25,942 bases of DNA, taken from the IMG/VR virus record IMGVR_UViG_3300048631_000128, positions 1 through 25,942 of that record; one strand, 5' to 3'. This DNA is from a virus. Its lineage: Duplodnaviria > Caudoviricetes. Below the pieces are notes generated by a model. It searched no databases. It saw only the letters and a program-made list of their open reading frames with translations, and was not told the DNA's origin. Position numbers and translations under genes: made by a program. Positions 1-7,446 of this stretch are shown here, in pieces (positions within the stretch are counted from its first letter, which is position 1; each line of letters begins with the position of its first letter).

Positions 1-450
1 AATAAAAACACTTCTACTGTCGAAAACTTTAAAGCTTTATTAAAGGCGTGTCAAACAGCAACCAACCTTGAGTCACTAGCACAACAAGAAGTTGCAAAGA
101 CTTATATTAGCGACCATAACGCTTTTGCTAATTACATAAACAGCCTTGAGCGTATCGGTGATTTTAAAGCTAAAGTTAAAGCATTTCAAGATATTTTAGG
201 TAAGCAAGCAACTCAACGCCTTGCATTTGAAATTAAAGACGAAAAGCAAAAGCCAACGCACAAACTGAAGTTTAAAACAGCTAATAAAACGCTACTTGCT
301 CAAGGGTTATGTTCAATACAGCAACTAGAAGCAAAAGCATATATTTGGATTTTACAAGAATTGAAGCCAACAATTGAAAAGTCATTTGAAGAAGAATTAG
401 AAGCATTAATGAAGAAGCACGAAGTACAAGGTGAATTTATTAAAGCATAA
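1..450 (+). CDS. Hypothetical early protein, 5'-truncated (>=149 aa, NKNTSTVENF...EFIKA)
   Basis: Frame 1 is open from base 1 to TAA at 448-450 (hand-translated); start lies outside the window. Confidence 0.75.
   Translation, partial: NKNTSTVENFKALLKACQTATNLESLAQQEVAKTYISDHNAFANYINSLERIGDFKAKVKAFQDILGKQATQRLAFEIKDEKQKPTHKLKFKTANKTLLAQGLCSIQQLEAKAYIWILQELKPTIEKSFEEELEALMKKHEVQGEFIKA
10..26. repeat. Early palindrome copy 1 (ACTTCTACTGTCGAAAA; inverted relative to copy 5)
   Basis: Reverse complement TTTTCGACAGTAGAAGT matches copy 5 at 15/17; followed by CTTTA like copies 2, 4 and 5. Confidence 0.75.
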
Positions 451-453
451 TAC

Positions 454-470
454 TTTTAGATAGTCGAAAA
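454..470. repeat. Early palindrome copy 2 (TTTTAGATAGTCGAAAA)
   Basis: 3 nt after the stop at 450; followed by CTTTATAAGT. Confidence 0.9.
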
Positions 471-525
471 CTTTATAAGTTAGTAGGCTAACCAACAACA
501 AGTAAAAACAACAAGGACAAACAAT

Positions 526-1047
526 ATGAATTATTCTACTCTTAAGGACAATACCAACCTCGACCATAATAGTTGTACGGTGATTGCATCCTCTCTAGTC
601 TTTAACCAACCATATGACGAAATGCTGAAGCATTATGACCGCCAAGGACGAAGACGGGGGCGCGGTGTTGAACCTACAGAAGTTAGGCGTATTAATATGG
701 ATTTAGCCTTGAAGTTTAACTATGAAGCCAGTGTTACCACCCGTGAGAATGTCAGGACGTGGACTATTAGAAAACACGGTGCAAGGGGTGCAACAATGAC
801 TGTTGGTAACTGTAATAAATACCTTAGAGCTGACCGAAATTATATATTAGGTGTTAGAGGTCATTCAGTGGCTATGGTTAACGGTGTTATTGAAGACCAT
901 ACAGCAGGGCGTAAAAATAGAATTATATCTATTATTGAATTAAAACCACCTGTTGGTCAAGAAGTAGAAGTTTTAGACAGTCGAAAACTATTGATTCAAG
1001 AAGTAGTAGAAGCAGAAGCAATGATTAAATTATTAGGGGAAATGTAA
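526..1047 (+). CDS. Hypothetical protein, putative papain/C39-like Cys-His-Asp fold
   Basis: RBS AAGGA; NSCTVIA...GHSVAMVNGVIED pattern; function is inferred. Confidence 0.6.
   Translation: MNYSTLKDNTNLDHNSCTVIASSLVFNQPYDEMLKHYDRQGRRRGRGVEPTEVRRINMDLALKFNYEASVTTRENVRTWTIRKHGARGATMTVGNCNKYLRADRNYILGVRGHSVAMVNGVIEDHTAGRKNRIISIIELKPPVGQEVEVLDSRKLLIQEVVEAEAMIKLLGEM
971..987. repeat. Early palindrome copy 3 (TTTTAGACAGTCGAAAA), intragenic
   Basis: Extends to AGTTTTAGACAGTCGAAAACT; encodes VLDSRK in-frame. Confidence 0.9.
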
Positions 1048-1283
1048 TGAGTACGTACAAATTAACTGAAACTGAAAACTATACCGTGGGTTTAAATAAC
1101 AATGGCTTAAGGGGTTATTTTGAACATCACCGATTAGGTGAGGATAAAGCAGGGGAAATATTAATCAATGAGCAGGGTGAACTATACGACTATGACGGGT
1201 GCTGGATGCTACCTAAAGAAGTTGCACTAGAGATAGAATCTAGAGGGGTTAATATCGCCTATGTTAAAGGTGAGTACAAATAG
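1047..1283 (+). CDS. Small acidic phage hypothetical protein (GYFEH...DYDG..LP motif)
   Basis: TAATG coupling to the upstream gene; RBS AGGGG. Confidence 0.75.
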   Translation: MSTYKLTETENYTVGLNNNGLRGYFEHHRLGEDKAGEILINEQGELYDYDGCWMLPKEVALEIESRGVNIAYVKGEYK

Positions 1284-1300
1284 TTTTAGACAGTAGAAAA
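1284..1300. repeat. Early palindrome copy 4 (TTTTAGACAGTAGAAAA)
   Basis: Directly abuts the TAG stop at 1283; followed by CTTTATAAGT and an RBS. Confidence 0.9.
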
Positions 1301-1331
1301 CTTTATAAGTAAAAACAATAAGGAGAAACAA

Positions 1332-2018
1332 ATGTTAGTAATAAATAATTTAGATGAATATATATTTCACCATAACTTTAAATTTACATTAAAGAGTGCT
1401 GAGGAAGAAGTAGGGGGATTATCAAGTGGAAGTAAGATGGTTGTGCCTTCTACTGGATTTAATACTGATGACTGTATAACAGGTAGTAAATTAAAGAAGT
1501 GTGCGGGTAGTGTATGTGAGGATTGTTATTCTGACAAGGGCTTTGCTAAAGTATTTGAGAAGAATGTACGACCTGCGCGAGATAGACGACTAAAAGCACT
1601 TAAGAATAGAGGGTGGGTAAATGCGTGGGTACATATCCTCAATAATAAGAAAATATATCAAACTCATAAGATTATGAGGTGGCAGGATAGTGGTGATTTA
1701 CAAGGTGAGTGGCATTTAGATAATATTATCGAGGTGGCAATAAGAACTCCCGATATCCTACATTGGCTACCTACTAAGGAATCATTTGTTAAGTGGCAGA
1801 AGAACTATCCACCTAATTTACTTATAAGATTAAGTGCTAGTTTTACTGATGGAAACCCACCTAATTTTACTAATACTTCTACTGTTACAACTGATGTAGA
1901 AGCGGTGACTTGTAAAGCAAGTCTACCAAAGGGACACCCTGAGAAATTGGATGGGTGTGAAGACTGTCGCCAGTGTTGGGACAAAAGTGTAAGCAATGTT
2001 GCTTATTACAAACATTAG
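1332..2018 (+). CDS. GP88-family (Cys-rich, probably Fe-S / radical-SAM-like) protein
   Basis: SKM, C..GSKL....GSVCxxCY..KG, RWQDSGD, HWLPTKE, PNLLIRLS and C-terminal CxxCxxCW motifs; RBS AAGGAG. Confidence 0.8.
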   Translation: MLVINNLDEYIFHHNFKFTLKSAEEEVGGLSSGSKMVVPSTGFNTDDCITGSKLKKCAGSVCEDCYSDKGFAKVFEKNVRPARDRRLKALKNRGWVNAWVHILNNKKIYQTHKIMRWQDSGDLQGEWHLDNIIEVAIRTPDILHWLPTKESFVKWQKNYPPNLLIRLSASFTDGNPPNFTNTSTVTTDVEAVTCKASLPKGHPEKLDGCEDCRQCWDKSVSNVAYYKH

Positions 2019-2035
2019 TTTTCGACAGTAGAAAA
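2019..2035. repeat. Early palindrome copy 5 (TTTTCGACAGTAGAAAA)
   Basis: Directly abuts the TAG stop at 2018; RBS GGAG follows. Confidence 0.9.
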
Positions 2036-2054
2036 CTTTAAACGGAGAGTAAAA

Positions 2055-2213
2055 ATGGAAACAGTAATAATAGGGTTAGGTATGGCAACGGTAGTGGGTT
2101 TGTTGATGTTCGCACTAGTAATGGCATTTGACTTAAACAAGTTAATTAATAAAGAAGCACAGCAGTTGCACGGTGGTGAGCTGACTAAATTTAAAACAAA
2201 AGGAGAAAAGTAA
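2055..2213 (+). CDS. Small single-pass membrane protein, 52 aa (METVIIGLGMATVVGLLMFALVMAF...)
   Basis: Hand-found; RBS GGAG; TAATG coupling to the next gene; hydrophobic N-terminus. Confidence 0.75.
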   Translation: METVIIGLGMATVVGLLMFALVMAFDLNKLINKEAQQLHGGELTKFKTKGEK

Positions 2214-2461
2214 TGGAAATTAAGATTAAGACAAAGGAAACATTTAGAGGTACAAGACGTGCATATCAATTAGCAAGGGGTGTGTTTAGTTACCTAGACC
2301 ACGAAGGACTTGATATTGATTATCGCTATGATAACTACACACTTACAATAGAACTACCTAATGCACAGTATAGAGATACGTCTAAGCTAGTGATATTACA
2401 AGAACTATTAGAGGAGTTTGATTGTCTAGCTGACGTAGAACAGGAGAGTTATGATGAGTAG
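2213..2461 (+). CDS. Hypothetical protein
   Basis: RBS AAGGAG; coupled start. Confidence 0.75.
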   Translation: MEIKIKTKETFRGTRRAYQLARGVFSYLDHEGLDIDYRYDNYTLTIELPNAQYRDTSKLVILQELLEEFDCLADVEQESYDE

Positions 2462-2654
2462 TACTATTAGAGATGATGTTAGGTATTTTGATTGTTGTTT
2501 ATGTGGGGAAATCTTCGAGGGGTATGGTAATAATCCAGAACCAGTAGCAAGTACTTGGGACGATTTCAAAGAAGTAGAAATAGATGTTGAATGTTGTATT
2601 GCTTGTAATAACACAAAGGTTATACCTGCAAGAATGAAGGAGATGGGATTATGA
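2451..2654 (+). CDS. Small zinc-finger phage protein (CCLC..GYGNNPEP...CCIAC..VIPAR)
   Basis: Two CxxC pairs; RBS AGGAG. Confidence 0.75.
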   Translation: MMSSTIRDDVRYFDCCLCGEIFEGYGNNPEPVASTWDDFKEVEIDVECCIACNNTKVIPARMKEMGL

Positions 2655-2959
2655 ATGAGAAAACACTAATAGGAAGACCTTACCGATTAAGCACTGCGTT
2701 GTCTGGCTTAAGATATGCCAAGATTGTGCAACTAGAGGTAGGACTGAGTGATAATGGATTTAAGGTGTTAGCTTATGTATCAGTACACGAGGGGGAAGCT
2801 ACTATTACTAGTATTACCAAAGACTCTTACTTTAGAGATGTTAGTTTCTCTACTATTAAGAGAGGGGTGCTAGAGGTGTTAGCTAGTGGGCTAGTAGAAT
2901 CACGTGTTAATGCATTAGATAAGAGAGTTAATAACTTATGGCTTAAGGAGGAAGTATGA
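2651..2959 (+). CDS. Hypothetical protein
   Basis: ATGA overlap; RBS AAGGAG. Confidence 0.7.
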   Translation: MNEKTLIGRPYRLSTALSGLRYAKIVQLEVGLSDNGFKVLAYVSVHEGEATITSITKDSYFRDVSFSTIKRGVLEVLASGLVESRVNALDKRVNNLWLKEEV

Positions 2960-3117
2960 GAATGTTAAACATACCAATAAGTGAGATGGATGTCGAATTA
3001 TTCAAAGATATTGTTTATCACAACAATACTGTTGAATGGATATTTGTAGATTCAGGAGGCAATGATGTTTGTATTACATTTATGTCGGTAGACGAACTAG
3101 AACAGAGGGAGAAATAG
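2956..3117 (+). CDS. Small acidic hypothetical protein, 53 aa (MRMLNIPISEMDVELF...)
   Basis: Hand-found; RBS AAGGAGG; ATGA overlap. Confidence 0.75.
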   Translation: MRMLNIPISEMDVELFKDIVYHNNTVEWIFVDSGGNDVCITFMSVDELEQREK

Positions 3118-3118
3118 T

Positions 3119-3277
3119 ATGACTGAACAGCAAGAGAATACATTATCTGATTTACACTATCTAGTAGCGAATAAAAACTATTGGGTAGATAGATGGCATA
3201 AAGATGAAACATCCTTTGAGATGTGGAGAGCTATTGATGAAGCTATTGAATTAATTGATGAACTAAAGGAGAAATAA
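3119..3277 (+). CDS. Small hypothetical protein, 52 aa (MTEQQENTLSDLHYLV...)
   Basis: Hand-found; RBS GGGAG; fills the gap exactly. Confidence 0.75.
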   Translation: MTEQQENTLSDLHYLVANKNYWVDRWHKDETSFEMWRAIDEAIELIDELKEK

Positions 3278-3278
3278 T

Positions 3279-3527
3279 ATGACTGAAGTAGAAGAACTAA
3301 AACTATTTATGCTTAATGCTAGTGGTGATTTCTTAACAGAGCCACTACCTACTAACTTTGATGAGTTAGACGAGGGCGTACTTCATCGTTTTATTCAAGT
3401 GAACCTATGGCAACCACTTGCTGATTACTATGATGAACCACATCAAATATATGACTTCATTGAGAGTTCTGCTTATAGCACGATGAGATTTGTTAGGGAA
3501 AATTATTTATTAAAGGAGATAGTATGA
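3279..3527 (+). CDS. Acidic hypothetical protein
   Basis: RBS AAGGAG. Confidence 0.75.
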   Translation: MTEVEELKLFMLNASGDFLTEPLPTNFDELDEGVLHRFIQVNLWQPLADYYDEPHQIYDFIESSAYSTMRFVRENYLLKEIV

Positions 3528-3817
3528 CTACTAAAGTTAAATGGAAGGAAGGTATGCATTTAGATGAATACAACAGACTCGTTAAAGAGGAAGAGTACGA
3601 GAAGTGGCTAAGCATAATGGATAGGTTGTTATATAACAAAGCTAAATCAGATGTAGACGATAAAGGAATTTATCTTGATGATGAGATAGGTGGAGGCGAT
3701 TACATAGACAGCATAGAACGTGTAATAGGAAGTATGGCACGTACTCTATATGATTGCTATGAAGATAACATTGATGATATTATTCTAGAGGAGATTGGAA
3801 GTGATAGCTACAACTAA
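3524..3817 (+). CDS. Very acidic hypothetical protein (possible DNA mimic)
   Basis: RBS AAGGAG; about a quarter of residues are D/E. Confidence 0.7.
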   Translation: MTTKVKWKEGMHLDEYNRLVKEEEYEKWLSIMDRLLYNKAKSDVDDKGIYLDDEIGGGDYIDSIERVIGSMARTLYDCYEDNIDDIILEEIGSDSYN

Positions 3818-4127
3818 AGTTTTAGACAGTCGAAAAGTATTTGACCGTGAGAGATATAAGATGGAGTATCAAGCTAGATTCAAATATGAAGGTGTTAAAT
3901 TAGAACGTAGGATGGAAGCTCTAAAGGAACTCAGAGTAGTAGACGGTAAGAATATTAGTTATGGTAAGTACCTCCACGATTATATTAGGAGTATGTCATT
4001 TACTTATCACGCTAGTGGAGATAACGCTAAGAAATATAAGAAGATATCGATGATGGTGGAGCAGATGGCTAAGGCACAATGGGCTAACTTTAAGATTGCA
4101 CCACTACCATTAGAACTTAAGGAGTAA
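3795..4127 (+). CDS. Basic hypothetical protein (start uncertain: TTG 3795, GTG 3801 or ATG 3860)
   Basis: GAGGAG upstream of GTG 3801; open frame to 4127. Confidence 0.65.
   Translation: MEVIATTKVLDSRKVFDRERYKMEYQARFKYEGVKLERRMEALKELRVVDGKNISYGKYLHDYIRSMSFTYHASGDNAKKYKKISMMVEQMAKAQWANFKIAPLPLELKE
3820..3836. repeat. Early palindrome copy 6 (TTTTAGACAGTCGAAAA)
   Basis: 2 nt after the stop at 3817; core identical to copies 3 and 7. Confidence 0.9.
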
Positions 4128-4129
4128 TT

Positions 4130-4198
4130 ATGGAAATAGCATTTGAATTATTTATAACAATATTAACAGTTGGATTAATGGTAGCAGGTAGCTACTAA
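4130..4198 (+). CDS. 22-aa hydrophobic mini-protein MEIAFELFITILTVGLMVAGSY
   Basis: Hand-found; AAGGAG RBS 5 nt before the ATG; fills the gap between genes. Confidence 0.6.
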   Translation: MEIAFELFITILTVGLMVAGSY

Positions 4199-4209
4199 GG
4201 AGAAAGCAA

Positions 4210-4614
4210 GTGGGGAATAAATTGAGGGAATACACACTAGATAACGGAGAAGTATATACAACAGTGTCATTAGCAGAGAAGTTTGATTTAACACCTAGTT
4301 CCTCATACCATAGGTTAAGTAAAACAGATAAAGCTAGTTATGTACTAAGACCTAAAGAGATATTTAATACTGTAGACGGTAGGAGATTGTATGTACTAGA
4401 TGATGGAAGCGAGTGGACATCTTTAATGGTAGCTGAGTTTACTGGGTGTAAACCTTCAACTGCATCCACACGATTAACGTGTTACACTGACCCTGAGAAG
4501 GTATTAAAGGTTCAACAGAAGAAAGCAGTAGATAGCCGAGTAAAGAACAGGATAGAGAACCGTATGTATTACGACCCTTTAGGTCATTGGGCGTTACTTA
4601 ATGCAAGTACATAG
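4210..4614 (+). CDS. Protein with two tandem HTH-like repeats, putative DNA-binding
   Basis: YTLDNGEVYTTVSLAEKFDLTPSSSYHRL and YVLDDGSEWTSLMVAEFTGCKPSTASTRL; GTG start with AAGGAG. Confidence 0.65.
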   Translation: MGNKLREYTLDNGEVYTTVSLAEKFDLTPSSSYHRLSKTDKASYVLRPKEIFNTVDGRRLYVLDDGSEWTSLMVAEFTGCKPSTASTRLTCYTDPEKVLKVQQKKAVDSRVKNRIENRMYYDPLGHWALLNAST

Positions 4615-4643
4615 TAACTATTAGGTAAATAATAACTAAATAG

Positions 4644-4660
4644 TTTTAGACAGTCGAAAA
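4644..4660. repeat. Early palindrome copy 7 (TTTTAGACAGTCGAAAA)
   Basis: Intergenic, just upstream of the GGGAG RBS of the gene coupled to RNAP. Confidence 0.9.
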
Positions 4661-4678
4661 CAAATAGGGAGAACAACA

Positions 4679-4852
4679 ATGAGTAGAATTACAGATTACA
4701 TATTAGAACAAGAAGAGTTAGGAAACATAGTTTATACCGAGGGCAGGGGTTATGTAGACCTCAGAATACAACCAGACGAGGAGGAGTTTGTTAAAGAGCG
4801 TGAGTCTTGGATTGTTGAGCAGTTTGAACTTAGTTTAGAGGAGATTAAGTAA
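4679..4852 (+). CDS. Small acidic protein, 57 aa (MSRITDYILEQEELG...), coupled to the RNAP gene
   Basis: Hand-found; RBS GGGAG; TAATG overlap with the RNAP start. Confidence 0.75.
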   Translation: MSRITDYILEQEELGNIVYTEGRGYVDLRIQPDEEEFVKERESWIVEQFELSLEEIK

Positions 4853-7389
4853 TGGATTTAGTTAAGGAACAGGAACGACTTGAGGGGTTACAATTAACAG
4901 AGGCACGAGCCAAAGTAATTAAGAACTACCTTAACTTAGTAGGAACGGACAAAGGTAATGTCACAGCAGAGGGAATAGCACTTCAGAAGCTAGGTATCGA
5001 GAGATTAGCAGGAGTTATTAAAGAGTATTTCGATAAACCTTTAAGAGGAACTGTTAATCGGCAGCGTAAACCTCTACTTTCTTATAAAGGAAGGGAGACT
5101 GATTTAGCATTCCTTATTATATCTAGTGTTATATCTAGTGTTATGAAGCGACCTGCATCTGCACAGCAACTAGTAGGTATCTTACTTAGAAACTTAAAGA
5201 ACGATATTATGCTTGAGACATTCCAAGAGCAAGAACCTAAGTTATTCGCCTACATTGAGTATGAATACAAGAAGCGTGGTCAGGATTACATTAATTCTAG
5301 GAAGAAACGTCTAGCTCAGCTACTAGTAGAACAACAAGTAGAAGAGATTGATACAACTACTGGTGTTGCTATGATGGAATTACTAGTAGGAAGTAACCTA
5401 GGACTAATTGAGAAGTTTAGAAGACATACAACCAATACTAAGAGAGCAGGTAAGTCTCCACTTTACTTCTTTAAACTAACTGAGGATGCAGAAGAGGTAG
5501 TAGGGAACATACAACAGTTTTTAACAGAGTTATCAATAACTTACAAACCTCTAGTTATTCCTCCTAGGGAGTGGGGTGAGGGTATTTGTGGTGGTTATCA
5601 TCATTCTGATTGTAAAGGATTCATTAAACTAAAGAACAACAAGCAAAGAGGTATCTATGGTGGTTTAATTAAGGAAGGACTAGACTTAAGTCGGTTATAT
5701 TCTGTAGTTAATAAAATACAAGCCACTAGTTGGAGGGTTAATGAGTGGATGTTTGACGTAGTGGATAACATACTAGAGAATAATGTTACCGACTACTCTA
5801 AACCTAAAGACAATCCTAAATGTATCGCTGGACTACCTTACCAAGAGTACGTTAAAGTAGATGACTTAGTAAAACCTGAGAAATTTGGTAAGGTATTCAC
5901 AGATGCCAGAGGGTTTCCTAGACACGAGAATAGAGCAGACTACACCGCCTACTACAAACGAAGAGAGGACGTATTGGCGAAGTTAGAAGCAAATAACAGC
6001 AGAAGGATTATATATGCCGTTGCTTTTGACATTGCTAAACAATTTAAGAAGTACGATAAATTCTACTTCTCATACAAGTCTGATTTTAGAGGTAGACTAT
6101 ACCCAGTACAACAAGTATTTAATCCACAAGCAACATCTAATGTTAAAGCATTGATGGAGTTTGGTGAAGGGGTAGAACCAACAGTCGAAGGTATCTATTG
6201 GTTGAAAGTAGCACTTGCTAATGCACGTGGTTATGACAAACTACCATATGAGGAACGAGTTGCTTATGTTGATGCTAATATTAAAGAAATACTCCGAAGC
6301 GCTGAGAGTCCATTAGAGAGTGTTTCCTTCTGGACTGAAGCAGATGAACCACTAATGTTTTTAAGTGGATGTAAAGCACTCTCAGATGCCTTAGATGGTA
6401 AATTAGTACATTATCCTGTGCCTCTAGATGCTACTTGCTCAGGTATTCAGATTTACAGTGGTTTATTAATGGATGAAGAAGGAGCAAGGGCAGTTAATGT
6501 CATCAATAACGAAACAGGTAGACCTGCTGACATCTATAAAGAAGTAGCTGATGTGGTAGAACGCAGACTAATGAGTGGTGATTATCCTAAAGAGTTTACG
6601 TTCACTGATTCCGAGGGTAACTTCACCGAGGTTAAAACAACCAGAGAAGCACAAGGATTACGAGGTAAGGTAGACCGCAAGAAGACCAAGCGTAATGTTA
6701 TGACACAACCATACTCAGTAACACAGAGAGGTATGTATGAGCAACTCAGGGAGCTATTCGATGAAGCACAAGATGATGGTAAAGAGTTTTGGAAAGGTGA
6801 GAAGTGGGTGAGTATTAAACTATTAACCCACCTAAACACTCAAGCTATATTTGAGGTTGTTAAGGGTGCTATCATAGGTCAAGAATATATTAAAGAGATT
6901 ACCAAACACTTTAATCTAAGTAACAAACCTCTAGTATGGAAGACACCAATATTCGGATTCCCTGTTATACAAGCAAGTCAGAAGCGTAGGAAGAAGAGGT
7001 TAGCAACACAACTAGGTAAGCTACAGTTTACTTACTTAACAGGTGATATTGACAGTAGGAAGCAGACTAGTTCTATTGCTCCTAACTTCATTCACTCACT
7101 TGATGCTACTCTTATGTTGTTGACAGTAGAACGACTAGCAGAAGAATATAATGTTACTGACTTTGCTTTGATACACGATAGTTTTGCTGTTCCTTGTACT
7201 GAGGTTGCTCATCTAAACAATGCAGTACGTGATAGTTATGTAGAATTGTTTATGAGTGAGCCTTTAGCTGAGTGGTATGAGCAGTTACAAGCCAAACTAC
7301 CTAATGTAAAACTACAACATCCTGATGAGGTAATGTTATATACATTAAACATACAAGATGTATGGGACAGTGATTATATATTTAGTTAA
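4852..7389 (+). CDS. T7-like single-subunit DNA-directed RNA polymerase (gp1)
   Basis: DFRGRLY, motif A PVPLDATCSGIQ, motif B RKKTKRNVMTQPY, APNFIHSLDA, motif C IHDSF, C-terminal YIFS. Confidence 0.97.
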   Translation: MDLVKEQERLEGLQLTEARAKVIKNYLNLVGTDKGNVTAEGIALQKLGIERLAGVIKEYFDKPLRGTVNRQRKPLLSYKGRETDLAFLIISSVISSVMKRPASAQQLVGILLRNLKNDIMLETFQEQEPKLFAYIEYEYKKRGQDYINSRKKRLAQLLVEQQVEEIDTTTGVAMMELLVGSNLGLIEKFRRHTTNTKRAGKSPLYFFKLTEDAEEVVGNIQQFLTELSITYKPLVIPPREWGEGICGGYHHSDCKGFIKLKNNKQRGIYGGLIKEGLDLSRLYSVVNKIQATSWRVNEWMFDVVDNILENNVTDYSKPKDNPKCIAGLPYQEYVKVDDLVKPEKFGKVFTDARGFPRHENRADYTAYYKRREDVLAKLEANNSRRIIYAVAFDIAKQFKKYDKFYFSYKSDFRGRLYPVQQVFNPQATSNVKALMEFGEGVEPTVEGIYWLKVALANARGYDKLPYEERVAYVDANIKEILRSAESPLESVSFWTEADEPLMFLSGCKALSDALDGKLVHYPVPLDATCSGIQIYSGLLMDEEGARAVNVINNETGRPADIYKEVADVVERRLMSGDYPKEFTFTDSEGNFTEVKTTREAQGLRGKVDRKKTKRNVMTQPYSVTQRGMYEQLRELFDEAQDDGKEFWKGEKWVSIKLLTHLNTQAIFEVVKGAIIGQEYIKEITKHFNLSNKPLVWKTPIFGFPVIQASQKRRKKRLATQLGKLQFTYLTGDIDSRKQTSSIAPNFIHSLDATLMLLTVERLAEEYNVTDFALIHDSFAVPCTEVAHLNNAVRDSYVELFMSEPLAEWYEQLQAKLPNVKLQHPDEVMLYTLNIQDVWDSDYIFS

Positions 7390-7425
7390 TTAGGGTTGAC
7401 TTACTATTGAAGTTGTGAATGAGGG

Positions 7426-7446
7426 CTAAAGAAGGACACTTATATA
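7426..7446 (+). promoter_or_regulatory. Putative phage RNAP promoter CTAAAGAAGGACACTTATATA
   Basis: Perfect 21-bp match to 17884-17904; GACAC/TATA resembles SP6/T7-type promoter cores; located just after gp1. Confidence 0.7.

Noticed and set aside
454-4660. Palindrome as a CRISPR repeat or array (GTTTTAGA...AAAAC resembles the ends of type II-A repeats)
   Set aside because: Only about 19 bp, separated by 300-1800 bp of genes, no spacers or cas genes; an RNA anti-CRISPR role is not excluded but is unsupported
454-4660. Palindrome as integron attC, intrinsic terminator, RNase III site or sigma70 promoter
   Set aside because: Too short for attC or RNase III and no GTTRRRY; weak AT stem with no consistent U-tract, and some copies are intragenic; TAGACA to TATAAG spacing is only 11 nt
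5117-5144. 12-bp tandem repeat TTATATCTAGTG x2 in RNAP (ISSVISSV)
   Set aside because: In-frame and isolated; probably chance or local slippage
7396-7424. TTGACT as a host -35 box after the RNAP gene
   Set aside because: No acceptable -10 hexamer at 16-18 nt spacing
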